In this document: positions 39,489-51,330 of the stretch, in pieces | Numbering within the stretch: the first letter of the stretch is position 1 | Layout: each line of letters starts with the position of its first letter | Source: Camelus dromedarius | Taxonomy: Eukaryota | DNA: 64,000 bases | NCBI RefSeq assembly: GCF_036321535.1 | Contig: NC_087465.1 | Location: 18,724,001-18,788,000 of the forward strand | Direction: 5' to 3' | Program-made: the position numbers and the translations under genes | Notes under the pieces: model-generated | Told to the model about the DNA's origin: nothing | Databases searched by the model: none | Seen by the model: the letters and a program-made list of their open reading frames with translations, nothing else

Positions 39489-40069
39489 AGCTCTAAGGAG
39501 AATAGGGAAATCTCTGAGGACATCTCAGGGTGGTTGTTCGCAGACATGTCTTTTTGCCTTAATATCAGTTTAAGAAAAACAAACTGTTCAGAAACTATCA
39601 GCACTAACAAATGATGTGGGAAAATGTTTACTTTTGAAACAGACTACATACTAACTTAATTTTGACAAAAGAATGTTAAAGTGACACTTCTGCTCCATTT
39701 CAGCCATTGGAATCTTAATATCTGGACACATCTGAGAAGTGACAAAGCTGAGGACACTTTTCACACTTCCATCCGGTGATCACCATAATGATCACACCGC
39801 GAAGTGAAGAGGGAGCCAAGATGCTTCTCACCGCTGGGGTGTTCTGCCCTGACCAAAGGATGCTTCCTGGGGTCTGTCCACTGCATCTTTCTGGGTCTTT
39901 GTTTACAGCGACAGGACAAGAGCCCTGCAGAGCGGCAAAGAAACAGACTGCATCTTGGTTTCCAACCTGTGGACCATGATGGTTTTGTGGTCCGCATGGA
40001 CACTAACGATTGTCCCTCGACAAAATAATATTTAATTTTCAGTCAAAACTATCTATCGACTGCTAGTTA

Positions 40070-40211
40070 ACATATAATGGAAAAGAATCTGAAAAGAATA
40101 TATATATATATTTATATATATAAAACTGAATCACTTTGCTGTATACCTGAAACTAACATTGTAAATTGACTACACTAACTACACTTCAATAAGAAATTAA
40201 AGATAGAGACC
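40070..40211 (+). mobile_element. Short artiodactyl-type L1 3' end with (TA)n
   Basis: aaagaatctgaaaagaatatata...aactgaatcactttgctgtatacctgaaactaac; degenerate 21-bp TSD at 40049-40069 and 40212-40232 (18/21 identical). Confidence 0.9.
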
Positions 40212-41166
40212 CTGTCTATTGACTGCTAATTATGAGGTAAGCACTGTTTCTGGGGCTACACATTGTCCCCCTTCTATTTGTTACTATTTCCCAAATATAC
40301 ATAGAAGATATCATAATGAGTAAAATAAAAATTAATGTAAAAGTATTAATGAATTACTAGTAGTTACCTCGTCCTTGCATCTTCCCCAATCAGTGGAATC
40401 TGAAAGTACACGTGAGGATTTGTGAAGTTGCCTGATGTTAAAGTGTGGTCTTTCGGCATCACATGTCACTATCTACCAAGTTGGTCACCACTGTTCTGCT
40501 TTCCTTCCAGTGGTCTGGCTCATTGTCAGCCAGGATTCTCTAAAGTTGAGAACCTCCCACTGCTTCTTTGTTACTGAGTTCATGTCTCTGGTTAAGAAAC
40601 ACTGGTTTTGAACCAACTACATGCTGAGATTAATTGCTTAATGTTAATACATTCAACACAGATGATTGCATTATATAACACGTACCAGCTACTCTGCAGT
40701 ATCTCCTTAGGCATAATAAGCTTTTACCGTAAAAACCAAACCAACATTAATCTGCAAAGCTGTCATTTTACATCCACTGCCAAGAAAAAAAAAAAGAAAA
40801 AAAAAACCAACAAAGTGAGATAAAGTAAACCTTTATCAAGGAATTGGACCCAATTATCAAACCTGTTCTCTTCATCCCCTTTAGGCAATCTGATTTGTAA
40901 GCTGAGGTTCCAAAGTACATTTTATTTAATTGCTGAGGGCGAGAGCTTCAGTAGGTGTTTCTGAGTTAAGCTCTTTATTGTACTGACCTGCTCTGCTTCT
41001 GGGGAAACTGAAAAACAACCTTTTAAAGCTAGCATTTCCAAGCTGGTCTACTCAGCCTACTAGCTCTATTTCCTTTCAACTGCATCAAGAGTAAACAGGT
41101 AGGGAAGATAAAGAGCCTCCCCTGTGAACAAGCGAAAGTAGTTAGGTTTCAAAGCTGGCTGGTAGA

Positions 41167-41323
41167 GGGGAGGGTATGGCTCAGTGGTAGAACGCATCCC
41201 TAATATGCACAAAGTCCCGGGTTCAATTCCCCAATGTCTCTATTAAAAAATAATTAAATAATATAAAATAACAAAAGTACAGGGTCTGAGCATAAGTCTA
41301 TCATAAAACAAAACAAAACAACA
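41167..41323 (+). mobile_element. Camelid tRNA-derived SINE (Vic-1-like) with extra 3' segment
   Basis: A box tggctcagtgg (41177-41187), B box ggttcaattcc (41220-41230); 9-bp TSD gctggtaga at 41158-41166 and 41324-41332. Confidence 0.9.
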
Positions 41324-41717
41324 GCTGGTAGACAGTAGCCAGCAACAAACACCCTTCGGTATTTCTGAGCAAACACGGGCAAAGTAACGTTTTTCCTACC
41401 TTCTGTAAACAATCTGTGTTTAAATCAGGCATACACAATACCTTCTAAAAGCTGGCCACTGTTGGGTGTTTAATGAATCCCGAAGAGTAAAGAAGCCAGC
41501 TAGGTGGTGACTGTTTGATCCACACACCTTGGCTGGAGACCGGAGTGCACAACAAACCCGCCCAGGCTCATGCTTCTGGGTTCTTCTGTCAGGAGAGCCT
41601 GGGGCTGGAGGGCAGCACAGCCCAAGTCGCCCCTTCCCGCTAGAAGGCGCTGAGGAGCACTCAGTGCGCACACACGGGTTACATTCATGAGGAAACAATC
41701 TTCCTGCCCACCCAGCA

Positions 41718-41727
41718 CTATATTTAG
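41718..41727. promoter_or_regulatory. Perfect MEF2 consensus site (CTATATTTAG)
   Basis: Matches YTA(A/T)4TAR in non-repeat sequence with locally retained CpGs; function untested. Confidence 0.35.
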
Positions 41728-43496
41728 AGCCATCTCTTGGCGTGCAAACGTATATTTCTGGGCTTTCTGCCACTCAGACAAAAAAAAAGGACAGGAAAAA
41801 CTGGTTTGGTTCCAGTGCTGAACCCAAACAACAAACGTTAAATGTGGCCTTCCCCATTGATGCATTTTGGTGTCAAACATCACTCCTCCTTCAAAAGCAG
41901 TGAGCACGGGATGTGGCTCTGAAGAATGCTTTTTTCTCCTCATTCTAATGAGTAAAATGTGTTCCACTCTCTAAAGGGATATTTAGTAAAGAAGGGAGCG
42001 GTGGAGCAAATTTCTAGGAGAAGGGCAGAATCTCTGGAAATTTTTCAAGTCTGGGGTGGTAGACTTCCCCATAGACGCTGGAGTCCCTGGGAAAAGTTAA
42101 ACCCCAAAGCTCGCTGTGGAGCTGATGGAAAAAGAACATGCGATGTTAGATCGCCAGGCCCCTCCAAGCCTCAAATGCAGACCTGGGGAGAAACACTCCC
42201 TAGCATTTTGCTGCTTTGCCAGGGAACAGCTGGCATTTGAGAACACCAGGTTCTTCACCAGGAGAAGAGACCTTGAGACACACACCCCGAGCAAGCAGCT
42301 CCAAGTCTTTCTCATACCAGTTCCAAACCGTGGAATGCCGGGCTGTCTCAGAAATGAGCAAGGCAAACAGCTTGCCCCAACTTAGTGGGCCCTTCCCTAC
42401 TTTTTCCTTCCAGTGTGTCTCTTCTTATAATCATCTTTACGGAGTTTATCTCAACAATTCTGTTCGCACAAGACCCTGCCATGGCACTCACTGCCTAGAA
42501 AAGTGGTAGCTGGACAACCGATCTCATCCATAAATGGAGCCTCCAGCAGGACAGTCTTTCAGTGGTTTGGATGAATATTTCCTCCACAGGTCACCTCTAA
42601 TGACTTCAACAAACATATTAAAGGAAAGAATAAAAATATCTTCAGTTTGGCGGTCATTCTTCCATGCTAAAATTAATACTATGACAAAAAAACTAAAATA
42701 AGAATTAAATTAAAAAAAAAAAACCCTGCACAAAATTTCTTAAAAGTACTAAATGATACGGATGCAAAATAGGTTCACAGGATGTGAAGTATGAACACCC
42801 TGAAAGTTGGAGAACAGTGCTGTGCAAAACCTCTTCTAATTTGGGATTTCACAAATGGACAACGGCAAAGGAAACTGACTTGCTGTCAAACAGAAGAACA
42901 TGCTCAGTGTCCAGGCCTTTGGGACTGTTCCCAAGGCTTCCTTCCTCCAGGCCCAGGGTGGATTGCAGGCCCTGCTCCCCTGATATTGAGAATGGCCTCT
43001 CGATTTGCTCAGGTTAGAGGAATGTCAGTGGACGTGACACGTGTCATCTTTCTAATGCTGGTGCTCAGACCTCTGTGTCCTCTTCCTCGCCACATTTACC
43101 TGAGCCCTAGATGGACAAGAAGCACAAGCCAGAAATAAGCCCTTGCTGCTTAAATGTTTAAATCCAGTGAGATTTGAGGGGCTTGCTTGTTACCACAGCA
43201 AACCAAGTCTAACTGACCAATACACTATATTAGTAAACAATGAACAATAATTAGCAGAAGATAATTGTGTCACAGGTCCCGGTACCAAGAAAGCACTCAA
43301 GTCCAGCCTTACAATGGTCCCCCATCCCCCACAGCTTAAGATGCATAGCCAGTCAACTTCTATGATACCTCCTAGCAGCTCTACCAAAACCCAAAGCAAA
43401 TAAAACATGTAAGAAAAAGCAGCATAGAAAGAGTCCAGCTAAGGAAAACAGGTATGATTGCTGAGAAACAAAGTGATTCCCAGAATCTCTGACTCC

Positions 43497-43636
43497 GTGA
43501 TTCTCAACATGAGTGCTCACCTGGGCCCAGCCCCAAAATTCAGATTAACTTGGTTCCAGGTAGACGCCAGGCATCTGTCCTGCTTCCCAGGCTCCCTCTG
43601 TGGTTTCAGTGTGCAGCCAAGCTTAAGAACCGTGGC
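43497..43636. mobile_element. MER5-type MITE fragment
   Basis: gtgattctcaac...ttcagtgtgcagccaagcttaagaaccgtg. Confidence 0.65.
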
Positions 43637-44741
43637 TTCGCATGACTGGGCTCTGTTATTTTCCAAAACTCAATCCTGGGACATTAAATATTATAGGAAA
43701 AAAGAAACGCACCAAACAGTACCCTTAAGTAGCATGTTCGTGTTACATGAAATGAGTGTCCTTGGGTACTGGGGTTACCAGTTTTCCCTTCGTCCAGCAG
43801 TAGAACTCATTCCCAGTTCGTGGTTTGTTGGTCATCTCATACTCTTATTCTATCCCTGGAGTCACCAGCAGCAACAGCTCTAACACCAGCACCACAGGAG
43901 GTGACTCTCTCCACCAGTCAGGGATACAGGACTCTGAACGCGAGTTCAGTATGGATTCAGGATCAGGTACCTGTCATCTTTCAAAGACTTGTAATTAACT
44001 TGGTTAGTTAAGAAAACAAACATTCAAAAGTTTATTTGACCTCACCCATAAAAGTACTCCTTCCTCATTCTAACCATAGGAGAAACACATGATCACCACA
44101 GTTCAAATTGTTTAAATGAAAGGAACTCTGTGTTTACTAATCTATATTATGATTTACTTTAACTATTTCACTTCTGGACCAGGTAATATTTGCTACAAAA
44201 ATAATAAGAATAATTCAACTTATTATATGTTCAACAATGCTGTTTCATTTTCTAACCATGTATGATTTTTAACCACGAGATAATATATACTAAAGAAAAT
44301 ACGAAAATACAGAAAACCAGAGAGAAAACAAGTACTCATGTCTTATGTGTGAAGTTGGTAGAAGCAAGGATCTTGAATTATGTGATTCTTAGGCTAGTTT
44401 TTATACACTTTTTAATCCAAGCAGCTAAAAGCGAATGTCTCAAATAAATAGACCTTAAGATGTTAATCAACACCCTGGCTGTTCTCCCATAACCATATTT
44501 ACAAGGAAATTCTCCCACTTTCCTCCTCTCAGCTTTTTTTGCTGCTTTCAAAATTGCCCTCTTACGCCGGCATCTTATCATTTTGAGCACATCCAGGCCT
44601 ACTAATCACTGTGAGCTTCAGAAGCTACAAAACTGGCTTCTCTGGGGTCTTCTTGGACAGTTTAGCTGACTTGAAATCTCTGTAACAACCCAAATGTACG
44701 GATATCTTTGGAAGAGATAAACCAGGCCAAAGCAAGCAGAG

Positions 44742-44879
44742 ATGGTGGCTCAAGGGCATGTGTGTTGCAACACAAGTTTGCGTGTAGATTATGTGGCAGC
44801 TGCAGGACAGAATGAAGAGGAAATGTTGTTTTTGAGACAGTTTTCAGAAACACTCAACAAGACTAAAAACAAGCAGAGG
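44742..44879 (+). CDS. Candidate coding exon segment MVAQGHVCCNTSLRVDYVAAAGQNEEEMLFLRQFSETLNKTKNKQR (unverified, no homology recognised)
   Basis: gagATGG Kozak context, 46 open codons, phase-0 donor AGG|GTAAGT, outside recognisable repeats. Confidence 0.25.
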
Positions 44880-45652
44880 GTAAGTGTGATTACTCAGATG
44901 TTAGAAGAGAGGCTTTAATACTGAGAAACAAGCCAACTGGGGATTTCTCCTTTCAGACTCCTTAAAAACAGGAAACTTTATGTTGTATGTCCTTCTGAGT
45001 ACATCTCCCATACGTAATTGCCCCTAAGTAGAAATAAAAAGGCTCATCAGGAAAAATTAGCCAGCTCCCACCTTGAGTTGGACACATAATTCTCATCTTT
45101 CTCAGCTCTCCCACTGACGTCCTATCCATCATGAAAAGGTTTGTATTCACCAACAATAAGCCATGCTCCTTTTAAATTTTTCTTTTCTAGGTGGAGGTCA
45201 TGGGTTTACTCTGAGCCAACTACTTACTAATTCTCACTGGAGCTCTTAAACCAATATAACATCCTCGTGGAAGAAACTAGGCAATAATCTGACACCCAGT
45301 TTTCTTTCTAATTTTAACTGGATGACATAAAGTTGACATCAGAAAATAAGGGCACTTAACATCACACACTATTCAACTCCGTTCCACCCCGCTCATACTG
45401 GTTCATGAAGGGCGATCAGGAACACCTCTTCTGACTCCGTGTTTAGAAATGTTAAGTTGGTTGAAAATGGTCAAGTAGGAGTATTTACACCAGAGAAATC
45501 AGCTAATGATCAAAATCAGGGCTTCCCTTTTCTTCTGGGGAGCTAATTATTAAATATTTACCAGAAAAACACTGCTTTCATCCATCCATTCAATCATCTA
45601 ACAAATGTTTACTGAAATCTAATATGGGCTAGTGGACGTTGTGATAAACTTT

Positions 45653-45791
45653 TTTTTTTGGTTTCATTTTTTTTTTATTGACGTATAGTCGATTTACAAT
45701 GTTGTGTTAGTCTCCGATGTACAGCACAGTGATTCAGTTATACATACATGTGTTCTTTTTCATTATAGGCTATTACAAGCTATTGACTATG
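45653..45791 (-). mobile_element. Short artiodactyl-type L1 3' end inserted in an L2 tail
   Basis: attgacgtatagtcgatttacaatgttgtgttag; TSD gt(g/a)ataaacttt at 45641-45652 and 45792-45803 (11/12 identical). Confidence 0.92.
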
Positions 45792-46087
45792 GTAATAAAC
45801 TTTGAAGGTTTGAAGACAAACCTACAGTCTGTGCCATTAATCAGCTTAGAGTTTAGTTTACTAGAATGTGTGGACCAGTTAAAATCCTAGTCTATCCCAG
45901 CTGAGTTAGACGGTCCTCGATGGTGTTAGCATCTTGAGAAATCCTAAAAAAAACTCTAGTAGACTATTAGACAATGAAGGGGAACCTCACTTTTTAAATT
46001 AAACTTTTTTTTTTTGGAGAGAACAAAGACTAATTGTTGAAATATTTGATTTGGTGATTTTACAGGGGCCTGGCACACTCACTAAGC

Positions 46088-49000
46088 TTTTTTAAAAATT
46101 AAACTTTTTATTTTGAGATCATTGTAGAGTCACATGAAGTGGTAAGAAATAATACAGAAGTAACCCACCTATTGTACCCACTGCCCTTAACCTCTTTATT
46201 GTATTGTGCACAACTGTAGTGCAATATCCCCACCAGGACACCAACACCAACACAGTCAAGGAAGAGAACATTTCCACCACCTCAAGGATCCCTTGTGTTG
46301 TCCTATGACAGCCACACCCCCTTGCCTCCCACCTCCCACCCTCTCCTCAACCCCCGGCAGCCACTATGTATCTGTTTTCCATTTCTGTAGTGTTATCATC
46401 TCAAAAATGTTAAATAGAATTGCACAGACAGTAATATCTGGGAACAGCTTTTTTTTTTCCCCCACTCACCATACCTCACTGCCAGTTTGTTTGTGTCGCT
46501 GAGTAGTATCCCAGAGTGTCAGTGTACCACAGTTTATTTCAGCATTTGTCCACTGAAGGTCATTTAGCCTGCTTCCAAGTTTTGGCTATTATGAATAAAA
46601 CTGCTCTAAAACATTCAGGTATAGGTTTTTGTGTCAACATAGGTCTTCATTTCTCGGGGATGAATGCCTGTGAGTGCAATTGCTGGGTCATATGGTATTT
46701 GCATGTTTAGTTTTTTAAGAAATAGTTTTACAGAGTGGCTGTGATATTTTACATTTCCATCAGCAAATATACGAGTGATCCAGTTTTTCTGCATCTTCGC
46801 CAGCATTCAGTGTTGTCACTGTTTTTTATTTTAGCCATTCTGACAGGCGTGCAGTCTTCGACTGCGGTCTTGATTCGCACTTCCCTGATGGCTAATGATG
46901 TTGAACATCTGTCTGTGTGCTTATTTTCTATATGCATGTCCTCCTTCCTGAAGTGTCTGTTTTATATATTGCTGAAGTCTATTTGCTGATATTTTGCCGA
47001 GGATTTTTGAATTTATGTTCACGGGAGATAATGCTCTGTAGTTTTCTTTTTTTGTACTATCTTTGTCTGGTTTCGGTATCAGGGTAATATTAAATTCAAG
47101 AGAAGAAAATCCTGTTGTAGTTACACGTACTTTTGTTTACCATGTTCTTTTTCCTTTCCTGATGTTTCAAGTTTCTTTCTTCTATTGTTTAGAGAACTTC
47201 TTTCAGCTATTATTTTAGGGTAGATCTGCTGGTGACAAATTCTCTTAGTTTTCCTTCACTTAAGAATGCCTTGATTTTCAACTCATTACTGAAGGATATT
47301 TTTGCTAAATACAAATGCTGGATTGATAGTTCTTTTCTTTCAACACATGAAAATGTTGTCATTTTTTTCTTAATGGTTTCTGCTGAGAAACCTACTGTCA
47401 TTCAAGTTGTTTTTTCCATGTAGGTAGGGTCATTTTTCTCTGGCTGCTTCCAAGACCTTTTCTTTGTCTCAGACAAAGAAAACTTCCAGAAGTGTAATTA
47501 TGCTGTATCTTACTGTGATGGTTAACTGTATCTGTTAACCTACCTAGGCCACACTACCAAGATATCTGGTCAAAATTATTCTCGATACTTCTGTGAAGGT
47601 TTTTAAAGATGAGATTAACATTTAAATCAGCAGACTTCGAGTAAATCAGATTAGCCTCCATCATGTGGGTGGACCTCATCCAATCAATTAAATGCCTTCA
47701 TAGAAAAATGACCTTCCTCCCCTAAGGAAAAGGAAATTCTGCCAGCAGACTGCCTTCAGACTTGAACTACACCAACTCTCCCCTAGGTCTACCCCCTACC
47801 AGCCTGCTGTGCCAGTTTTGGACTTGTCAGCCTACACAATCATGTGAGCTAATTCCTTAAAATAAATCTTCCTCTCAGAGAGACAGAACCAACAGAATGT
47901 CTGTCTATGTGTGTACGTATTCTGTATATGTGTGTGTATCCCATATGTGTGTGTGTATTCTATACATACATGTATATATGTATCTATACATGTATATATG
48001 CATGTATATATGTGTGCACTGTATATACAATACACACATGTGGATATATTTTTGTTTTATAGACACATGTATATATACATATATAGGTATAAATGCACAC
48101 ACTTTCTATTAGTTCTGTATCTTTGAGAGAGAGAGAGTTTTTTTTTTAAGGAATTGCCTCACATTATTGGGGAAGCTGGTAAGTCCAAAATCTGCAAGGT
48201 GGATGGAGCCAATAGGACGTGTGTGTGTGTGTGTGTGAGAGAGACAGAGAGAGAGAGAGGGAGAGTGAGAGGAACCCTGACAAATCCATTTGGCATGAAA
48301 TTCTTTAGGTTTATTCCATTTGAGGTTTGATGGGTGTCTTAAATCTGTAGGTCTAAGTATCTTGCCAAATTTGTGATGTTTTCAGCCATTATTTCTTCAA
48401 GTACCTTTTCTGCCCCCTCTCTTTCTTTTCTCCTTCCAGGGATCTGATGACACAAATGCTAGATCTTCTGTTACAGTCCCACAGGTCCCTGAGGCTCTGT
48501 TCATTTCTTTTTAGCCTAATTTCCTCTCTGTTGTTCAGACTCAGTACTTTCTATTGTTTTGTCTCCCAGTTCACTAATTCCTCCTCTGACCCCTCTGTTC
48601 TGCTCTGTCCATACACTGAGCTTTTATTTAGGTTACTGGATTTTTTTCAGTTCTGAAATTTCTATTTGGTTTTTTTTAGTATATCTTCTATGTCTCTGCT
48701 GAGGCTTTCTGTTTTTCTTTTGTTTCAAGCATGTTCATAATTTTCAGTTGAAGCATTTTTATCATGACTGCTTTTAAATCTTTGTCAGATAACCCTAACA
48801 TCTCTGTTGTCTTGGTGTTGGCCTCTACTGATTGCCTTTTTCATTCAGTTTGAGATCTTCTGGTTTTTTTGTTTTGTTTTGTATTATGAGCAATTTTTCA
48901 ATTGAAACCTGAACATTTTTTATTATGTGATGAAACTCTGGATGTCACGTGACCCTTCTGTTTTAACTGGTCTTCTCTGACACGCCTCTGGCAAGGGAAG

Positions 49001-49660
49001 TGGGGAGGTCTTGTTAAAGTGCAAAGTGGAGGCAGAAGTCCAGATTCCCCACCTGCATCTGTTGACATCAGATGGGGGGCTCCTATTGGGTGGGGATGGG
49101 AGTTCCAGTTCTCCACATGGTCTCCACTGAGGGGGGTCATTACTGGCCAGTGGAGATGAAAATCTAAGCTCCCCATTGGCCGCTGGGAGTGTTGAGGCCC
49201 CACTGATTCACAAGGGTGGAAGTCTAGGCTTCCAACTGTGCCTGGGCTGCTGTGGGTGGGGTCAGGCCCACAGTGTTTCCTGTGGTGTTTGACTGAAGTA
49301 GAATGGTTATGTTTAAGGGTTTTCTGCCCTCCTAGGTTGCCCCTTTCCTGTCTCTGGGCTAAGAGAGAGCAGGCTTTTTGGTGTTGTTTCTGGAGCTTTT
49401 TTTGTCTGTGCCATTGGCGTTTCCTGTGTGCCTGCTCCATCAGCAGCAAGTCAGGGGTATATGAAGGACAAAGAAAACCTAGGGGACTCCCCCCACCCAC
49501 CCCCTCGGTGTCCCTCTGGTCCCGAGGTCTCTAGTCGGTCGGCCTTCTTCTCTCCACTTTTCACCTCTGTGTTTGTTTTATATAAAATGTCCAGAGTTTT
49601 TAATTGTTCTTAGGGGAAGGAATAGGGAAAAGTATATTTACTCAGTCTTCTGGAAAGCTA
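46088..49660 (-). mobile_element. L1MC-type LINE with 3' UTR, ORF2/ORF1 pieces and 5' UTR, internally deleted and interrupted by MLT2
   Basis: 3' end tttattttgagatcattgtagagtcacatgaagtggtaagaaataatacaga; ORF1-type cagccattatttcttcaag; 5'-end signature gggaaggaatagggaaaagtata; possible degenerate TSD acactca...gct.tttt at both ends. Confidence 0.85.
47514..48288 (+). mobile_element. MLT2 (ERVL) LTR with internal inverted duplication and microsatellites
   Basis: Starts tgtgatggttaac; gagattaacatttaaatcagcagact; ccatcatgtgggtggacctcatccaatca; ends ggaaccctgacaaatcca. Confidence 0.9.
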
Positions 49661-49759
49661 CACTCAGCTATTTTTTTTTTTAAATTACTTTATCACTTTA
49701 GGGATAAAATAAAAGAGCACCACTGGATCCCAACAAATCAGTTGATATTCTTGCCATAA

Positions 49760-50560
49760 TTATGGAGCATCAAATATCTTGCTTATAAAAACATGATTTT
49801 GCTTAGATTAACTGCAAAGAATTTGCTGATAATCTATGTAGCGAAGGCTGTGGGTCTGTTTCATTCTCTATTTACACGACATAGAATCGTTTTTGAATTA
49901 GCATATCAACTTCTCTCTCTTCAGTTGGATGAAAGCATGGATGCTAATGATTTGGCTGTCCTATCAGTCTGCCTTTCTAAATTTATAATTGTGGATCTGA
50001 GAAGCCACGAAAAGTGCTTGAAGGTAAAACAAATTATAAAGCTATTTGCAACGAGTTATTTTTCAGCGTTTATAGAGTAGCCTGGTACAGAACACCCATC
50101 TGCATAGGTAAGACCCGTGTAGTCTGAACACAGGTGGGGCCAAGTCTATGGTAGGTAAAAATTTTAGAATAGTAACCCTTACTTAGTGGAATATCCCAAA
50201 TATATCATTCTCTAGGAATATCTTTCCTCAGTCTGCTTGTTGATTTACTTCAAGTGTGGTGAAAAATGATAGGGTGGAAAAAAAGAGAAAATTATACAGC
50301 AAGGACAACAATAAAACACAGTTGTTTGAATATTTATCTTTCCGGACAATTCTAGAGTGAAATGGCAAGTGATGAACATTTGCTCTAATACGTAGATAAA
50401 TGCTTCCTTACATGGGAGACTTCACTGAATTATTTTTCTTCCTTGATGGGGGAAAAATTCTACTATAAACGGTAAACACTTTGGTAAGGTGAACGAATAT
50501 TTATCTTCATGCTAAAGAGCAGCTCGTAAAGTTGGCTTTAAGAATGTCATTCGTATTACA
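49760..50560 (+). mobile_element. Charlie-family hAT transposase fossil (disrupted)
   Basis: Translates to LSLQLDESMDANDLAVLSV (49913-49969; compare FSLQLDES-D---LAVL of Charlie/ZBED5-type transposases) and TGGAKSMVGK (50130-50159; compare TDGA--M-GK); stops and frameshifts between them. Confidence 0.75.
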
Positions 50561-50609
50561 CACGTAATTTTTCAACATTTTAAAACTTCGCATTTCAAAA
50601 TAATTTTTT

Positions 50610-51330
50610 TCATGCACTCTTCATAATCATTACTTTTAATAGCTGCACAATATTCCTTGGGGGCACTATATTATAATTCATTAAACAGTCCATTATTGCT
50701 AACAAACAGTTAACTCACTTGCAGTGTTTCACTTTTATAAATAATAATATGTGACAAAAAAAATAATATGTGACAAGTTTTTGCACATAGTTTTCCACCC
50801 TACCCTCGACTTTGGATTATTTTCTTAAGCTAAAGCCTGTGAAATAAAATGACTGAATCAATGGTATGATGATTCTTATGACTCATTATAAGAACTGCTA
50901 AATTACTTCCCAACAGACTTGTACGACTTTATAAAGCCACCAGCAACGTAAGAGGATGGGAACTTGTCTGCATCCTCTCCAGCTAGTCACTGTTATTGAA
51001 AAGAAAAGAAGATGACTTTAGAGTTGAAATATGAATTGCTTAATCTGCACTGATTTATTGGACAGTTGTTTACTAGTTTGACTTCTTTTATGAAATGTCT
51101 GTGGTGGACCTTTGCCATTCATCTCTTCGGATTTAGAGATTATCTTAAATCAATTAGAATGACTTTAAAAAATATAATAATCAAAATATTAATGTGCAAA
51201 TTGTTTCACCAGTACTTTAATATTTTTTAATGTAATACGGTTTTCACTTCTATGTAGTTAAAATGTCTGATTCTTTCCTTTGTGATTCATTCAGTTTATT
51301 CTAGGCTTAGAATGTCATTCACTATAATTG
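50610..51330 (-). mobile_element. Ancient L1ME-type fragment
   Basis: ttttaatagctgcacaatattcc...gccaccagcaacgtaagag...ttatgaaatgtctgtggtggacctttgcc. Confidence 0.7.

Noticed and set aside
41084-41096. gcatcaagagtaa shared with ~52909
   Set aside because: A single 13-mer match in 64 kb with no flanking similarity is compatible with chance.
41167-41245. tRNA-like gene with A and B boxes
   Set aside because: It is a SINE head: A-rich tail, TSD and three more copies in the window; no proper acceptor stem.
44378-44590. Basic ORF MLKMIRCRRKRAILKAAKKAERRK (- strand)
   Set aside because: No credible splice context or homology; an NLS-like look can arise from purine-rich sequence.
47897-48126. Y/I/H/T/V-rich ORFs on both strands
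   Set aside because: Translation of a TA/TG/CA microsatellite.
48898-49500. Longest ORF (200 aa, - strand)
   Set aside because: Lies in the GC-richer 5' UTR of the L1MC element; no recognisable domain.
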